From: an uncultured Planctomycetia bacterium
GTDB taxonomy: Bacteria > Planctomycetota > MHYJ01 > WSZJ01 > CAZYRM01
Assembly (NCBI GenBank): GCA_964649705.1
Contig: CAZYRM010000006.1
Span: forward strand, 6,306 to 70,305
Direction: 5' to 3'
Length of the DNA: 64,000 bases
In this document: piece by piece, positions 56,135-64,000 of the stretch
Layout: each line of letters begins with the position of its first letter
Position numbering within the stretch: position 1 is the first letter of the stretch
Notes under the pieces: model-generated
Databases searched by the model: none
Told to the model about the DNA's origin: nothing
Seen by the model: only the letters and a program-made list of their open reading frames with translations
Program-made: the position numbers and the translations under genes

Positions 56135-56650
56135 GCAGACGCCGATGATGGAGAGGATCAGCCCGGCGAGGATGAACAGCACGGGGCCGCAGATGCCGAT
56201 GGTCATCGCCCCGGCCTCCTTCTCATGGTTCTTCGCCCACTCCTCCATCTTCTTCTGGTTGGCGGCCTGATCGTTCGGGTTCTGCTGGATCTCCTCCATC
56301 AGCTTCACGAATTCGCCCATGGCGCCTCGCGCGCTGAGGGCGAAGAAGAGCATGCAGAGGACGGAGAGGATGGCGCACGAGAAGCCGAGCAGTCCGCAGG
56401 TGTTGAAGCCCGGCGCCTGCGGGGCATAGGCCGCCGGGGCGCCCGGAAACCCTCCCGGGGCCGCCGGATAGGCCGCCGGCACGCCGGGCTGGGGCGCCAG
56501 CCCGGCGACGGGCACCGGGGGCGCCGCCTGGGCGGCGTAGCACCGTGCGCAGACGATCTGCTGGCCGAAGAGGTACGATCCGTCGCGGTAGTAGCTCACC
56601 TGGCCGCAGCGGCTGCAGGTGAAGGTGTCGGTCGCCATGTCATGCTCCAC
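56030..56650 (-). CDS. hypothetical protein: N-terminal zinc ribbon (CSRCG...CARC), Pro/Ala-rich linker, C-terminal TM helices
   Basis: 206 aa ORF; overlaps 3' end of ispH by about 100 nt. Confidence 0.4.
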   Translation of the reverse strand: MEHDMATDTFTCSRCGQVSYYRDGSYLFGQQIVCARCYAAQAAPPVPVAGLAPQPGVPAAYPAAPGGFPGAPAAYAPQAPGFNTCGLLGFSCAILSVLCMLFFALSARGAMGEFVKLMEEIQQNPNDQAANQKKMEEWAKNHEKEAGAMTIGICGPVLFILAGLILSIIGVCLSNVRKGLAIAGLILNGLMVLSPCLLICAASAFK

Positions 56651-56775
56651 GTGCGGGACCGGTCCCGGGGCTCACGCCGTGATGATAGCGGGCCGGCCGC
56701 AGGGCTGTCAAAGGGCTGCGACTTGATCCCGCCGCCTCGCGCCCGTATCCTCACCGCTTCGCGGAGGAGATTCCA

Positions 56776-57606
56776 GTGCGCGTCCACGTCTCGGTCCTGG
56801 GGAGCGGCTCGAAGGGGAACTGCACCGCGGTCTGGACCGAGGGCACCGCCCTCGTCGTGGACGCCGGCGCCCTGCCGATTTCCTACATCGAGCGCCACCT
56901 CGCCGAGCTCAGCCTCGCCCCCGGACGCGTCGCCGGCGTGCTCATCACGCACGCCCACCGCGACCACATCGACCTCACCACGTACAACCTCTGTCACCGG
57001 TACCACGTGCCGCTCTATACGCATCCGCTCACCTGGGAGGTCGCCGTCAGCAAGACGAAGCGCCTCAAACGGCTCTCGGAGGCCGGCCTCGTACACTTCT
57101 TCCGGACGCGCACGATCGGCGTCGGAGACTTCGCAATCACGCCGTTCCGAGTGCCCCACGGCGTGCCCGAGAAGGTCGGGACGCCGGTGGGCTTCCAGAT
57201 CGCGACGAGGGAGGCCTCGCCGATGCGCCTCTTCTACGCGACCGACCTCGGCCACGTCCCCGAGCGCGTCGTGAGGCGGATGTCGGAGGCGGACCTCGTG
57301 GTCCTCGAATCGAACCACGACGTCGAGATGGAGATCGCGAGCTCGAGGCACCCCGACCACATCGACTGGGTCCTCTCCGACCGCGGGCACCTCTCGAACG
57401 CGCAGGCCTCCCAGGCGCTGGGACAGGCCCTCGCGGGGCGGAACGGCCGCGGGGCGACCGTGGTCCTCGCGCACCTCTCCGAGGAGTGCAACACGCCGGA
57501 CCTCGCGCTCGTCGCGGCCCAGCGGGCCACGCTCGGCATCGAGGGGGTCCGCATCGTCCTCGCGCGGCAGAGGGAACGCACGCCGACGCTCACGATCGGC
57601 CTGTAG
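56776..57606 (+). CDS. MBL-fold metallo-hydrolase
   Basis: VLGSGSKGN, LITHAHRDH metallo-beta-lactamase motifs. Confidence 0.7.
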   Translation: MRVHVSVLGSGSKGNCTAVWTEGTALVVDAGALPISYIERHLAELSLAPGRVAGVLITHAHRDHIDLTTYNLCHRYHVPLYTHPLTWEVAVSKTKRLKRLSEAGLVHFFRTRTIGVGDFAITPFRVPHGVPEKVGTPVGFQIATREASPMRLFYATDLGHVPERVVRRMSEADLVVLESNHDVEMEIASSRHPDHIDWVLSDRGHLSNAQASQALGQALAGRNGRGATVVLAHLSEECNTPDLALVAAQRATLGIEGVRIVLARQRERTPTLTIGL

Positions 57607-57736
57607 CCGCCGCCCCGACTGCCGTCCGCCAGGGCGGAAATGCCACGTTGGCAGACGGCCGCCGGGCCTCCTGGAAGCCGCGGGCTCATGTCATTCGCCG
57701 TCCTCGGGTTGCGAAGAGGCCTCGCGGACGGGGCGT

Positions 57737-57752
57737 TGGCGTGGCGGTTGCA
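57737..57752 (+). promoter_or_regulatory. sigma-54 promoter TGGCgtggcggTTGCA (-24 GG / -12 GC) upstream of Hsp20 gene
   Basis: exact TGGC-N7-TTGC spacing; 37 nt upstream of ATG 57790; sigma-54 activator encoded at 48830-50434. Confidence 0.5.
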
Positions 57753-57789
57753 TCATCGTGGGGCGTCTCTTTTTCATGGAGGTGTACCG

Positions 57790-58203
57790 ATGTTCGGACT
57801 GATGAGTCGACCGGCCGACCTGGGGTTCGAGGTCCTCTCGAACCGCTTCCGCACCATCCTCGACGGGCTCGAGGGCGCTCCGGCGATCGACCTCTATGAG
57901 GGCGCCGAGGGGTGGACGGCGTACGTCGAGCTGCCGGGCGTGCGCCCGGAGGACGTGAACATGCACGTCGAGAACGGCGTGCTGGCGATCGAGGTGAAGA
58001 AGGCCGCGCCGGCCGGGGCGAAGGACCTGGCGCCCGTCCTGCGCGAGCGCGTCTACGGGACGTTCCGCCGCGAGGTGGCGCTGCCCGAGGGCGTGGACGC
58101 CGAGCGGATCGACGCGGGCTTCCAGGACGGCGTGCTCGTCCTGACGCTCGCGAAGCGCGAGGACGCCAAGCCGAAGAGGATCGAGATCCGGGTGAAGGCG
58201 TAG
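57790..58203 (+). CDS. Hsp20/alpha-crystallin family small heat shock protein
   Basis: alpha-crystallin domain (DLYEGAEGWTAYVELPGV...VLVLTLAK); GGAGGTG RBS. Confidence 0.85.
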   Translation: MFGLMSRPADLGFEVLSNRFRTILDGLEGAPAIDLYEGAEGWTAYVELPGVRPEDVNMHVENGVLAIEVKKAAPAGAKDLAPVLRERVYGTFRREVALPEGVDAERIDAGFQDGVLVLTLAKREDAKPKRIEIRVKA

Positions 58204-58258
58204 GCGAGAAGCGTGGCGAGGGGCGGCCCGTCGGGTCGCTCCTGCCGCTTCCATGGGG

Positions 58259-59341
58259 CTATCCTCCGCACTGCCCCCGGTGCCGGAGCCAGTGATCGGC
58301 CAGCACCAGGGCCATCATCGCCTCGACCATCGGGACCGCCCTCGGCAGCACGCACGGGTCGTGCCGGCCGCGGCCCGTCACCTTCGCCTTCCGAGGCGTC
58401 CGGTCCACCGTGTCCTGCTCCCGCATGATGGTCGCGGGGGGCTTGAAGGCCACGCGGATCACGACGTCCTCTCCGTTCGAGATCCCCCCCTGGACCCCGC
58501 CCGAGCGGTTCGTTAGCGTCCTCACGCGCCCGCCGCGTACCGTGAACGCGTCGTTGTGCTCCGATCCCGTCATCGTCACGCAGCCGAACCCAGAGCCGAT
58601 CTCGAAGGCCTTCGTCGCGGGGAGCGACAGCATCGCCTTGGCGAGGTCCGCCTCCAGCTTGTCGAACACGGGCTCCCCCAGGCCGACCGGGACTCTCCGT
58701 GCCACCGCCTCGACGACGCCTCCGACGCTGTCCCCCTGCTTCCGGACGCGCTCGATCAGCCTGAGCATCCGCTCCGCGGTCCGCGCGTCGGGGCACCGCA
58801 CGATGTTCGCCTCCACGTCGCGCGGGCGGACCTTCGACGGGTCGACCTCCGCGACGATCCGGTGGATCTGCTTCACGTACGCGATGACCTCGGTCTTGTG
58901 CCTGATCCTCAGCACCTTCTTCGCGATCGCCCCCGCCGCGACGCGGCCGATGGTCTCGCGGGCGCTCGCCCGTCCGCCTCCCTGCCAGTTGCGGATCCCG
59001 TACTTCGCCTCGTACGTGAAGTCCGCGTGGGACGGTCGGAACTTCTCGGCGAACGGCTTGTAGTCCTCGGGGCGCGCGTCCTTGTTGAACACGACGAGCG
59101 CGATCGGCGTGCCGAGCGTCCTTCCTTCGAAGACCCCCGAGAGGATCTGGACGCGGTCCTCCTCCTGCCGCTGCGTCACGATCCGGCTCTGCCCGGGCCG
59201 ACGGCGGTCGAGGTCCGGCTGGATGTCGGCCTCGGACAGGGGGACCCTCGGCGGGCAGCCGTCCACGACGACGCCGACGGCGCCGCCATGCGATTCGCCG
59301 AATGTCGTGACGCGGAACAGTCGGCCGAAGGTGCTTCCCAT
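58259..59341 (-). CDS. aroC: chorismate synthase
   Basis: [40 protein letters not shown] signatures. Confidence 0.9.
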   Translation of the reverse strand: MGSTFGRLFRVTTFGESHGGAVGVVVDGCPPRVPLSEADIQPDLDRRRPGQSRIVTQRQEEDRVQILSGVFEGRTLGTPIALVVFNKDARPEDYKPFAEKFRPSHADFTYEAKYGIRNWQGGGRASARETIGRVAAGAIAKKVLRIRHKTEVIAYVKQIHRIVAEVDPSKVRPRDVEANIVRCPDARTAERMLRLIERVRKQGDSVGGVVEAVARRVPVGLGEPVFDKLEADLAKAMLSLPATKAFEIGSGFGCVTMTGSEHNDAFTVRGGRVRTLTNRSGGVQGGISNGEDVVIRVAFKPPATIMREQDTVDRTPRKAKVTGRGRHDPCVLPRAVPMVEAMMALVLADHWLRHRGQCGG

Positions 59342-59342
59342 G

Positions 59343-59921
59343 CTACGTGGTCCGCTCCGCAAGGAGGGTCGAGAAGGAGACGCTTCCGTCGTCCGTCTCC
59401 TTGTAGTCGATCACGCGGAGCGTCGGGAACAGCGTCGGCAGCTCCCCCGCCTTCAGGAGGAACTCGCGCCGGAAGTCCGGCTTGTACTTGAGATGCCCCA
59501 CGTTCCACGCCTCGAAGAAGAGGACCCCGCCCGGCGCGAGGGCCCTGGCGAGGGCGGGGCAGTGCCCCCGCTCGAGGTAGTTCGCGTCGACCACGAGGGC
59601 GTAGGCGTCGGGCACGGGGACCCAGGTCGTCGCGTCCGCGTGGAGGGCCTGGATCGGGAGGCGCTCGAGCGCGGCGACGGCGCGGAGGACGCCTATGGCG
59701 ATCGCGGAAGCGTCGACGGCGTCGACGGTGTACCCCTTCTGCGCGAGGAGGCGGGCGTGCCGCCCGTGGCCCGCGGCGACGTCGAGCGCGCGGCCCCGGG
59801 GCAGGTCGGGGAGGGCCCGCAGCAGCCTCGGGCTCGGGGTCCAGTCCCAGTCGAACGCGGGGTCGAGGTACCTCGCGTCCCACCGCGACCGGTCCGGGTG
59901 ATCGACGGATACGCCGCTCAT
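59343..59921 (-). CDS. class I SAM-dependent methyltransferase (TehB-like)
   Basis: [29 protein letters not shown]-binding motif. Confidence 0.6.
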   Translation of the reverse strand: MSGVSVDHPDRSRWDARYLDPAFDWDWTPSPRLLRALPDLPRGRALDVAAGHGRHARLLAQKGYTVDAVDASAIAIGVLRAVAALERLPIQALHADATTWVPVPDAYALVVDANYLERGHCPALARALAPGGVLFFEAWNVGHLKYKPDFRREFLLKAGELPTLFPTLRVIDYKETDDGSVSFSTLLAERTT

Positions 59922-60000
59922 CGCAGGATAGTAGACCACACGACGGGCCCAGTTAGCAATGGACGCCCCGCGGCGCTTCTGGCATAACGCCGCTGATTCC

Positions 60001-61182
60001 ATGAAGCCCGGCGCGCTCAAGAAGGTCCTGTCGCTCGTGCTCCGCCTCGCCGTGAGCGCGGGACTGATCGCCTACGTCATCCACATCATCCCGTTCCTGG
60101 ACGTGGTCCCCCGGGTCGGCCAGGAGCCCCTCCGCGGGCGCGTCGTGTCGGAGACCCCTCAGGCCCTGACCGTGCTCGTGGAAGACAAGGACGACAAGAC
60201 GCAGGTCGTCCCCGTCGAGCAGATCGAGGAGCGGCCCGACAAGCCGCTCTACGACAAGGGCTTCCTGCACATCGTGAGGGAGATCCGCCTCGGCGTCTAC
60301 CTGCCGACTCTCCTCCTCATCCTCGCCGTCATCCTGATCGACGTCGTCCGCTGGAAGGTCCTCCTGCGCGTCCAGGGGATCGACCTCGCGTACGGCCCGG
60401 CCCTCGCGCTCACCTACGGCGGGATCTTCTGCAACAGCTTCATGCTCGGGTCGACCGGGGGCGACGTCATCAAGGCCGTCCTCGTGGCGCGCCACACGTC
60501 GCGCAAGGCCCGCGCCGTGCTCACCGTCTTCCTGGACCGAGTCATCGGCCTCGTGGCGCTCATCATCGTCGCCGGCGCCGTGATCCCGTTCGAGATCGAC
60601 CGCGTCGAGGTCCGCCGCCTCGCCTGGGGCGTCTACGGCTTCCTCGCCGCCTTTCTCGCGGGGTGCCTCGTCTACTTCCACCCCGCCTTCCGCGCCTCGC
60701 GCCTCTTCCGGTGGCTCATGGCGAGGCTCCATCTGAAGGTCTTCCACGAATTGGATGCCGCCTTCTACGCCTACCGAGGCCAGCCGCGCGCGCTGGCAAT
60801 CGCATTCGGCATCTCGTTCGTCGCCCACATGTGCGGGATCTTCGCGATCGTCGGGTTCGGGAAGGCGCTCGGGATCACGGAGGCCTCGATCGCGCACTAC
60901 TTCGTCTTCTTCCCCATCATCGCCGTGATCAGCTCGATCCCCATCTCGATCTCGGGGTGGGGCGTCGGGGAGGCGGCCTTCATCGCCCTCTTCGGGGCCG
61001 TGGGCGTCACGGAGCCGGCCGCGGTCTCCCTGTCGATCCTCTCGCGGCTATCGACGCTTCTCGTGGGACTGCCGGGCGGCCTCGTGTTCCTGCTCGGGAT
61101 CGAGGACTTGAAGGTCAAGGAGTCCGAGGTCGCCGAGGTGGAGCGCGCCGAAGAGGGCGGCGACGGGCCGAGCGCCGGATGA
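60001..61182 (+). CDS. lysylphosphatidylglycerol synthase TM-region-like / UPF0104 flippase-like membrane protein
   Basis: 8 TM helices, conserved GGDVIKA motif. Confidence 0.55.
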   Translation: MKPGALKKVLSLVLRLAVSAGLIAYVIHIIPFLDVVPRVGQEPLRGRVVSETPQALTVLVEDKDDKTQVVPVEQIEERPDKPLYDKGFLHIVREIRLGVYLPTLLLILAVILIDVVRWKVLLRVQGIDLAYGPALALTYGGIFCNSFMLGSTGGDVIKAVLVARHTSRKARAVLTVFLDRVIGLVALIIVAGAVIPFEIDRVEVRRLAWGVYGFLAAFLAGCLVYFHPAFRASRLFRWLMARLHLKVFHELDAAFYAYRGQPRALAIAFGISFVAHMCGIFAIVGFGKALGITEASIAHYFVFFPIIAVISSIPISISGWGVGEAAFIALFGAVGVTEPAAVSLSILSRLSTLLVGLPGGLVFLLGIEDLKVKESEVAEVERAEEGGDGPSAG

Positions 61183-62027
61183 TCCGGACCGGCAGAGCCA
61201 GCTTGCTGGTCCGCGGCCTGACGTTCCACCCCCCCGGCGTCGAGACCCCGGTCCTCGACCGGTTCTACTCCGACGTCCCCGCGGGGAGGCTCCTCGTCGT
61301 GACCGGGCCCGCCGCGGGCGGGAAGACGGTCCTCCTGCGCCTCCTCGCCACGCTGCTCTCCCCGACCGCGGGCACGGCCGAGGTCGACGGTGCCGACCTG
61401 CGCGACGACCCGGTCGCGGTGCGCGAGCGGATCGGCTGGCTCGCGGCGGGCGCGCTGGGGTCCGAGCGCGACACGCCGCGGAGCAGGGTCGTCACCGAGC
61501 TCAGGCTCCGCGGGTGGGGGAAGGCCGAGGCGCTCTCGCGGGCGGAGGCGGTCCTCGGCGCGGTGGGCTCCCGCAGCGAGGGGGACACGCCGCTCGGCGC
61601 CCTCGCCCCGGGCGCGCGCCGTCGGGCGCTGCTCGCGCGCGCGATCGCGCACGACCCGCCGGTCCTCCTGCTCGACGAGCCGCTGGAGCATCTGGACCTG
61701 ATCGAGCGGGAGGTCGGCTGGGCGGTCCTCCGCGCGGCGAAGCGGGCGGGGAGGGCGATCGTCTGCGCGACGAGGTTCCCCTCGGGGCTCGAGCCGGTCG
61801 CGGACGGCGTCGCGGTGCTGCGCGACGGGAGGTGCCTGGCGCGCGGGGAGTGCGCGATGGTGAGGGAGAGTACGCGGGCCCCTTCGCTCGAGGAGGCGGT
61901 CCTCAGGGTCCTCGCCGCGGACGGCCTGCCGGGGGCCCAGGATACGCTGGACGCGCGAGCTACGCCGGGGCCGGAGGGGCCGCCGGGACCGCCTGAGGCT
62001 CCGCCTTCTTCCGGATCACCTCCTTGA
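61179..62027 (+). CDS. ABC transporter ATP-binding protein
   Basis: Walker A GPAAGGKT, signature-like LAPGARRRALLARA, Walker B LLLDEP; ATGA overlap with upstream stop; element copy at codons 4-11. Confidence 0.65.
   Translation: MIRTGRASLLVRGLTFHPPGVETPVLDRFYSDVPAGRLLVVTGPAAGGKTVLLRLLATLLSPTAGTAEVDGADLRDDPVAVRERIGWLAAGALGSERDTPRSRVVTELRLRGWGKAEALSRAEAVLGAVGSRSEGDTPLGALAPGARRRALLARAIAHDPPVLLLDEPLEHLDLIEREVGWAVLRAAKRAGRAIVCATRFPSGLEPVADGVAVLRDGRCLARGECAMVRESTRAPSLEEAVLRVLAADGLPGAQDTLDARATPGPEGPPGPPEAPPSSGSPP
61189..61211 (-). repeat. copy 6 of 24-nt element (GACCAGCAAGCTGGCTCTGCCGG on minus strand), encodes TGRASLLV on plus strand in ABC ATPase N-terminus
   Basis: 21/23 match to consensus. 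Confidence 0.65.
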
Positions 62028-63063
62028 GCACGTAGTGGAAGAGGTAGTAGCAGATCGGCACGCCGAGGATCAGGCCCCAGAGCCCGAAGTAGTGCTCGGA
62101 GAAGAGCAGGATGCCGAGCACGACAATCGGGTTCATCTTCATGTGCGCGCCCACGATCCTCGGGTTGAGGACGTAGGCCTCGATCGCGTGGACGATGCAC
62201 ACCATCCCGACCACGCCCAGCATGAGGCCGACGCCCCCCCCGGAGGCGGAGAGCGAGACGAGGCACATCGGCACCGATGAGATGATCACGCCGACCACGG
62301 GGATGAAGCTGCAGATGAACACGACGATCGAGAGGAGGATCACGGAGTCGAGCCCGAGGAGGAGCATCCCGACGGCGGTCAGGGCGGTGTTCGCCACCGC
62401 GATCATCGCCTGGGCCTGGAACACCCTCCCCATGACGTGCCCGAACTCCGAGGCCTCGGGGGCGACCTCGTCGTAGAGGCCGTGCAGGCGCGTCTCCCGG
62501 AGCTTCGCGAGCTCCGTCCCGAGCCGGTGGATGTCGAACGTGATGAGGAAGCTGAAGAGGATGGCCAGGAGGAACTGCACGCCGATGTTGAAGATGTTCA
62601 CGACGAGCTTCACGGCGTACGGCTTCGCGAACTCGCGCAGCATCTCCACCTGCTCCTCGAAGTCGTAGTCCTTGGGAAAGCCCCATCGCAGGACAGGCTT
62701 CTTCTGCATTTCCTGGAGGTTCTTCGTGATCTGGTTGATCGTCTCCTGCTTGAACATCCCCTTCGCCTGCGTGATCGTGCGCGGCACGAACAGGAAGCCG
62801 ATGGCGACCCAGGCGAGGATCATGAGCAGGAACATGTAGGCGATGATCCGCTTCCGCGTGTAGCGGTGCTCCAGCCGCGGCAGGAGCCACTCCGCGACGT
62901 TGTGGGCGATGTACGCGAAGACGAAGGTGAGGAAGAAGAGGGGGTAGAAGGGCCTGAGCGCCACCAGGAGGATGAGGATGAAGCCCCAGATGACGAACTT
63001 CTGGAGGGGGACCTCCTCGATCGGGGCGTAGATGCTCGTCGGCTCGTCCTTCGTCTCGGTCAT
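61960..63063 (-). CDS. AI-2E family transporter (PerM-like permease)
   Basis: 8 TM helices, conserved AI-2E pattern (FxxxFxLxxDxxR..., HAIEAYVLNPRIVG). Confidence 0.7.
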   Translation of the reverse strand: MTETKDEPTSIYAPIEEVPLQKFVIWGFILILLVALRPFYPLFFLTFVFAYIAHNVAEWLLPRLEHRYTRKRIIAYMFLLMILAWVAIGFLFVPRTITQAKGMFKQETINQITKNLQEMQKKPVLRWGFPKDYDFEEQVEMLREFAKPYAVKLVVNIFNIGVQFLLAILFSFLITFDIHRLGTELAKLRETRLHGLYDEVAPEASEFGHVMGRVFQAQAMIAVANTALTAVGMLLLGLDSVILLSIVVFICSFIPVVGVIISSVPMCLVSLSASGGGVGLMLGVVGMVCIVHAIEAYVLNPRIVGAHMKMNPIVVLGILLFSEHYFGLWGLILGVPICYYLFHYVLKEVIRKKAEPQAVPAAPPAPA

Positions 63064-63078
63064 GCGAGTCCTCGTGGG

Positions 63079-64000
63079 CTAGCGGATCACCGGGGTCTCG
63101 TCGAGCCACTTTCCGATGTTCGGCGGGAGGGGCCGCCCCTCGAGGAGGTCCTCCACGACGCGCACGAACGACGGCTCGATGGAGACGTGCTCGTCCTTCG
63201 TCGTAGGCTTGCGCCTGAGGACCCCCTCCTTCACAAGCAGCTCGACCCCCTCCTTTGCGTCGCCGCGGACGTGGTCGGGGAGACCCTGGTAGAGGTTGTG
63301 GATCTCGGTGTGCTTCCCGCCGATCTCCTTCTTCGCGAGCATGCGGCGGAGCATCCTGCCGATCAGGTCGCGGCGCGTCCAGGTGCGACGGGCATCCTGG
63401 GCGTCCGTGGACGACCTCGCGCGGTCCTGAGGGGTCGAGGACGGCTTGTCTTCGACCGTCCAGATCGGCTCCCACTCCTCCCCCTCGAGCAGGTCGCGGT
63501 ACGGGCCGCACGCGGAGCGGAGGTCGTGGCCCAGCCGCTTCGCGAACTTCAGGCACCCCCGCGCGGCCTCGCGGAAGGCGCGCACGCCGTCGGGGTCCTC
63601 GGGGAGGCAGAAGTTCACGGGGACGGCCTTGAGGCGGTTGAGGTGCTCGTAGGCCTCCTCGTCCCGCTTGATCGCCTTCGTCTCCTCTTCCTTGCGGCGC
63701 GCGTGGACCTCGACGGCCCGCGTGCGCGGGGGGCGGAACTTCAGGCGCAGTTTGGAGAGGAGCGTCTCGGCGTCGGCGAGCTCCTTGGGCCAGTCGCCCT
63801 TCTCCTTCGGGTTGAAGGCGCGGAGGAAGGGGACGTCGGGGACGCTCTTGCGCGCCTCCATGAGCTGCGCGTAGGCCCAGGAGAGGATCCCCATCGCGGA
63901 GGGGAGCTCGCGCTCGGCGCGCTCGCGGAGGAGGCGCCAGCGGAAGGACCAGATGTTGAAGCGCGTGTTGCGGAGGTCGGTCGGCTCGGCGGGGAGGGAG
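63079..64000 (-). CDS. hypothetical protein, possibly 5'-partial (open frame continues to window end)
   Basis: first ATG at 63894 but frame stays open upstream to position 64000. Confidence 0.35.
   Translation of the reverse strand, partial: SLPAEPTDLRNTRFNIWSFRWRLLRERAERELPSAMGILSWAYAQLMEARKSVPDVPFLRAFNPKEKGDWPKELADAETLLSKLRLKFRPPRTRAVEVHARRKEEETKAIKRDEEAYEHLNRLKAVPVNFCLPEDPDGVRAFREAARGCLKFAKRLGHDLRSACGPYRDLLEGEEWEPIWTVEDKPSSTPQDRARSSTDAQDARRTWTRRDLIGRMLRRMLAKKEIGGKHTEIHNLYQGLPDHVRGDAKEGVELLVKEGVLRRKPTTKDEHVSIEPSFVRVVEDLLEGRPLPPNIGKWLDETPVIR

Noticed and set aside
3870-61211. Interpreting the QQAGLAR/TGRASLLV repeat as a shared protein motif (e.g. signal-peptide feature)
   Set aside because: Nucleotide identity (20-24 nt) is far higher than needed for such short peptides. 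It occurs in both orientations, in cytoplasmic and secreted proteins, and includes a mid-protein loop; a DNA-level element is more parsimonious.
1-64000. Genome-wide stop-codon reassignment (UGA as sense)
   Set aside because: TGA is used as a genuine terminator by many well-supported genes here (nuoD, ribF, tsaD, kinase etc.) and Cys is otherwise encoded by TGC/TGT, so a global recoding is not supported; site-specific Sec or errors are more likely.
1-64000. CRISPR arrays, rRNA genes, transposase/integrase genes
   Set aside because: No regularly spaced direct repeats, no rRNA-like conserved segments, and no ORF with recombinase/transposase motifs were found.

Overview
High-GC window (about 70% GC), almost entirely coding. 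Gene content (Ser/Thr kinase-FGE fusion, HEAT+DUF4388 protein, sigma-54 activator, large secreted repeat proteins) suggests a Myxococcota-like genome; this is inference only. The window holds about 60 supportable protein genes and two tRNAs (Phe-GAA, Gly-GCC). Identifiable genes include: a three-gene complex-I Q-module cluster (nuoB-nuoD-nuoI) next to a tetra-heme cytochrome c; Fe-S assembly genes (IscU-like, Mrp/ApbC, NifS-type cysteine desulfurase); aldehyde dehydrogenase; S9, S41 and M28 peptidases; tsaD; ribF; ispH; aroC; Hsp20; a phasin/phaR pair plus two SCP2 proteins and an acyltransferase/epimerase operon; a vapBC toxin-antitoxin pair; a secretin; ABC and AI-2E transporters. Principal anomalies seen directly in the sequence: (1) in-frame TGA codons exactly at conserved Fe-S-ligating cysteine positions of NuoB and IscU, making them candidate selenocysteine sites (or pseudogenes/errors); (2) a 23-24 nt element (consensus GACCAGCAAGCTGGCCTTGCCAGG) present six times, always in-frame inside unrelated coding sequences and in both orientations; (3) a DUF4143 AAA+ ATPase gene flanked by a 27 nt direct duplication of the nifS 3' end; (4) a 20 nt hairpin repeat that embeds the TAA stop of two adjacent genes; (5) an in-frame amber codon joining two large hypothetical ORFs; (6) a sigma-54 -24/-12 promoter upstream of an Hsp20 gene. 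No CRISPR array, rRNA or classical transposase/integrase was seen.
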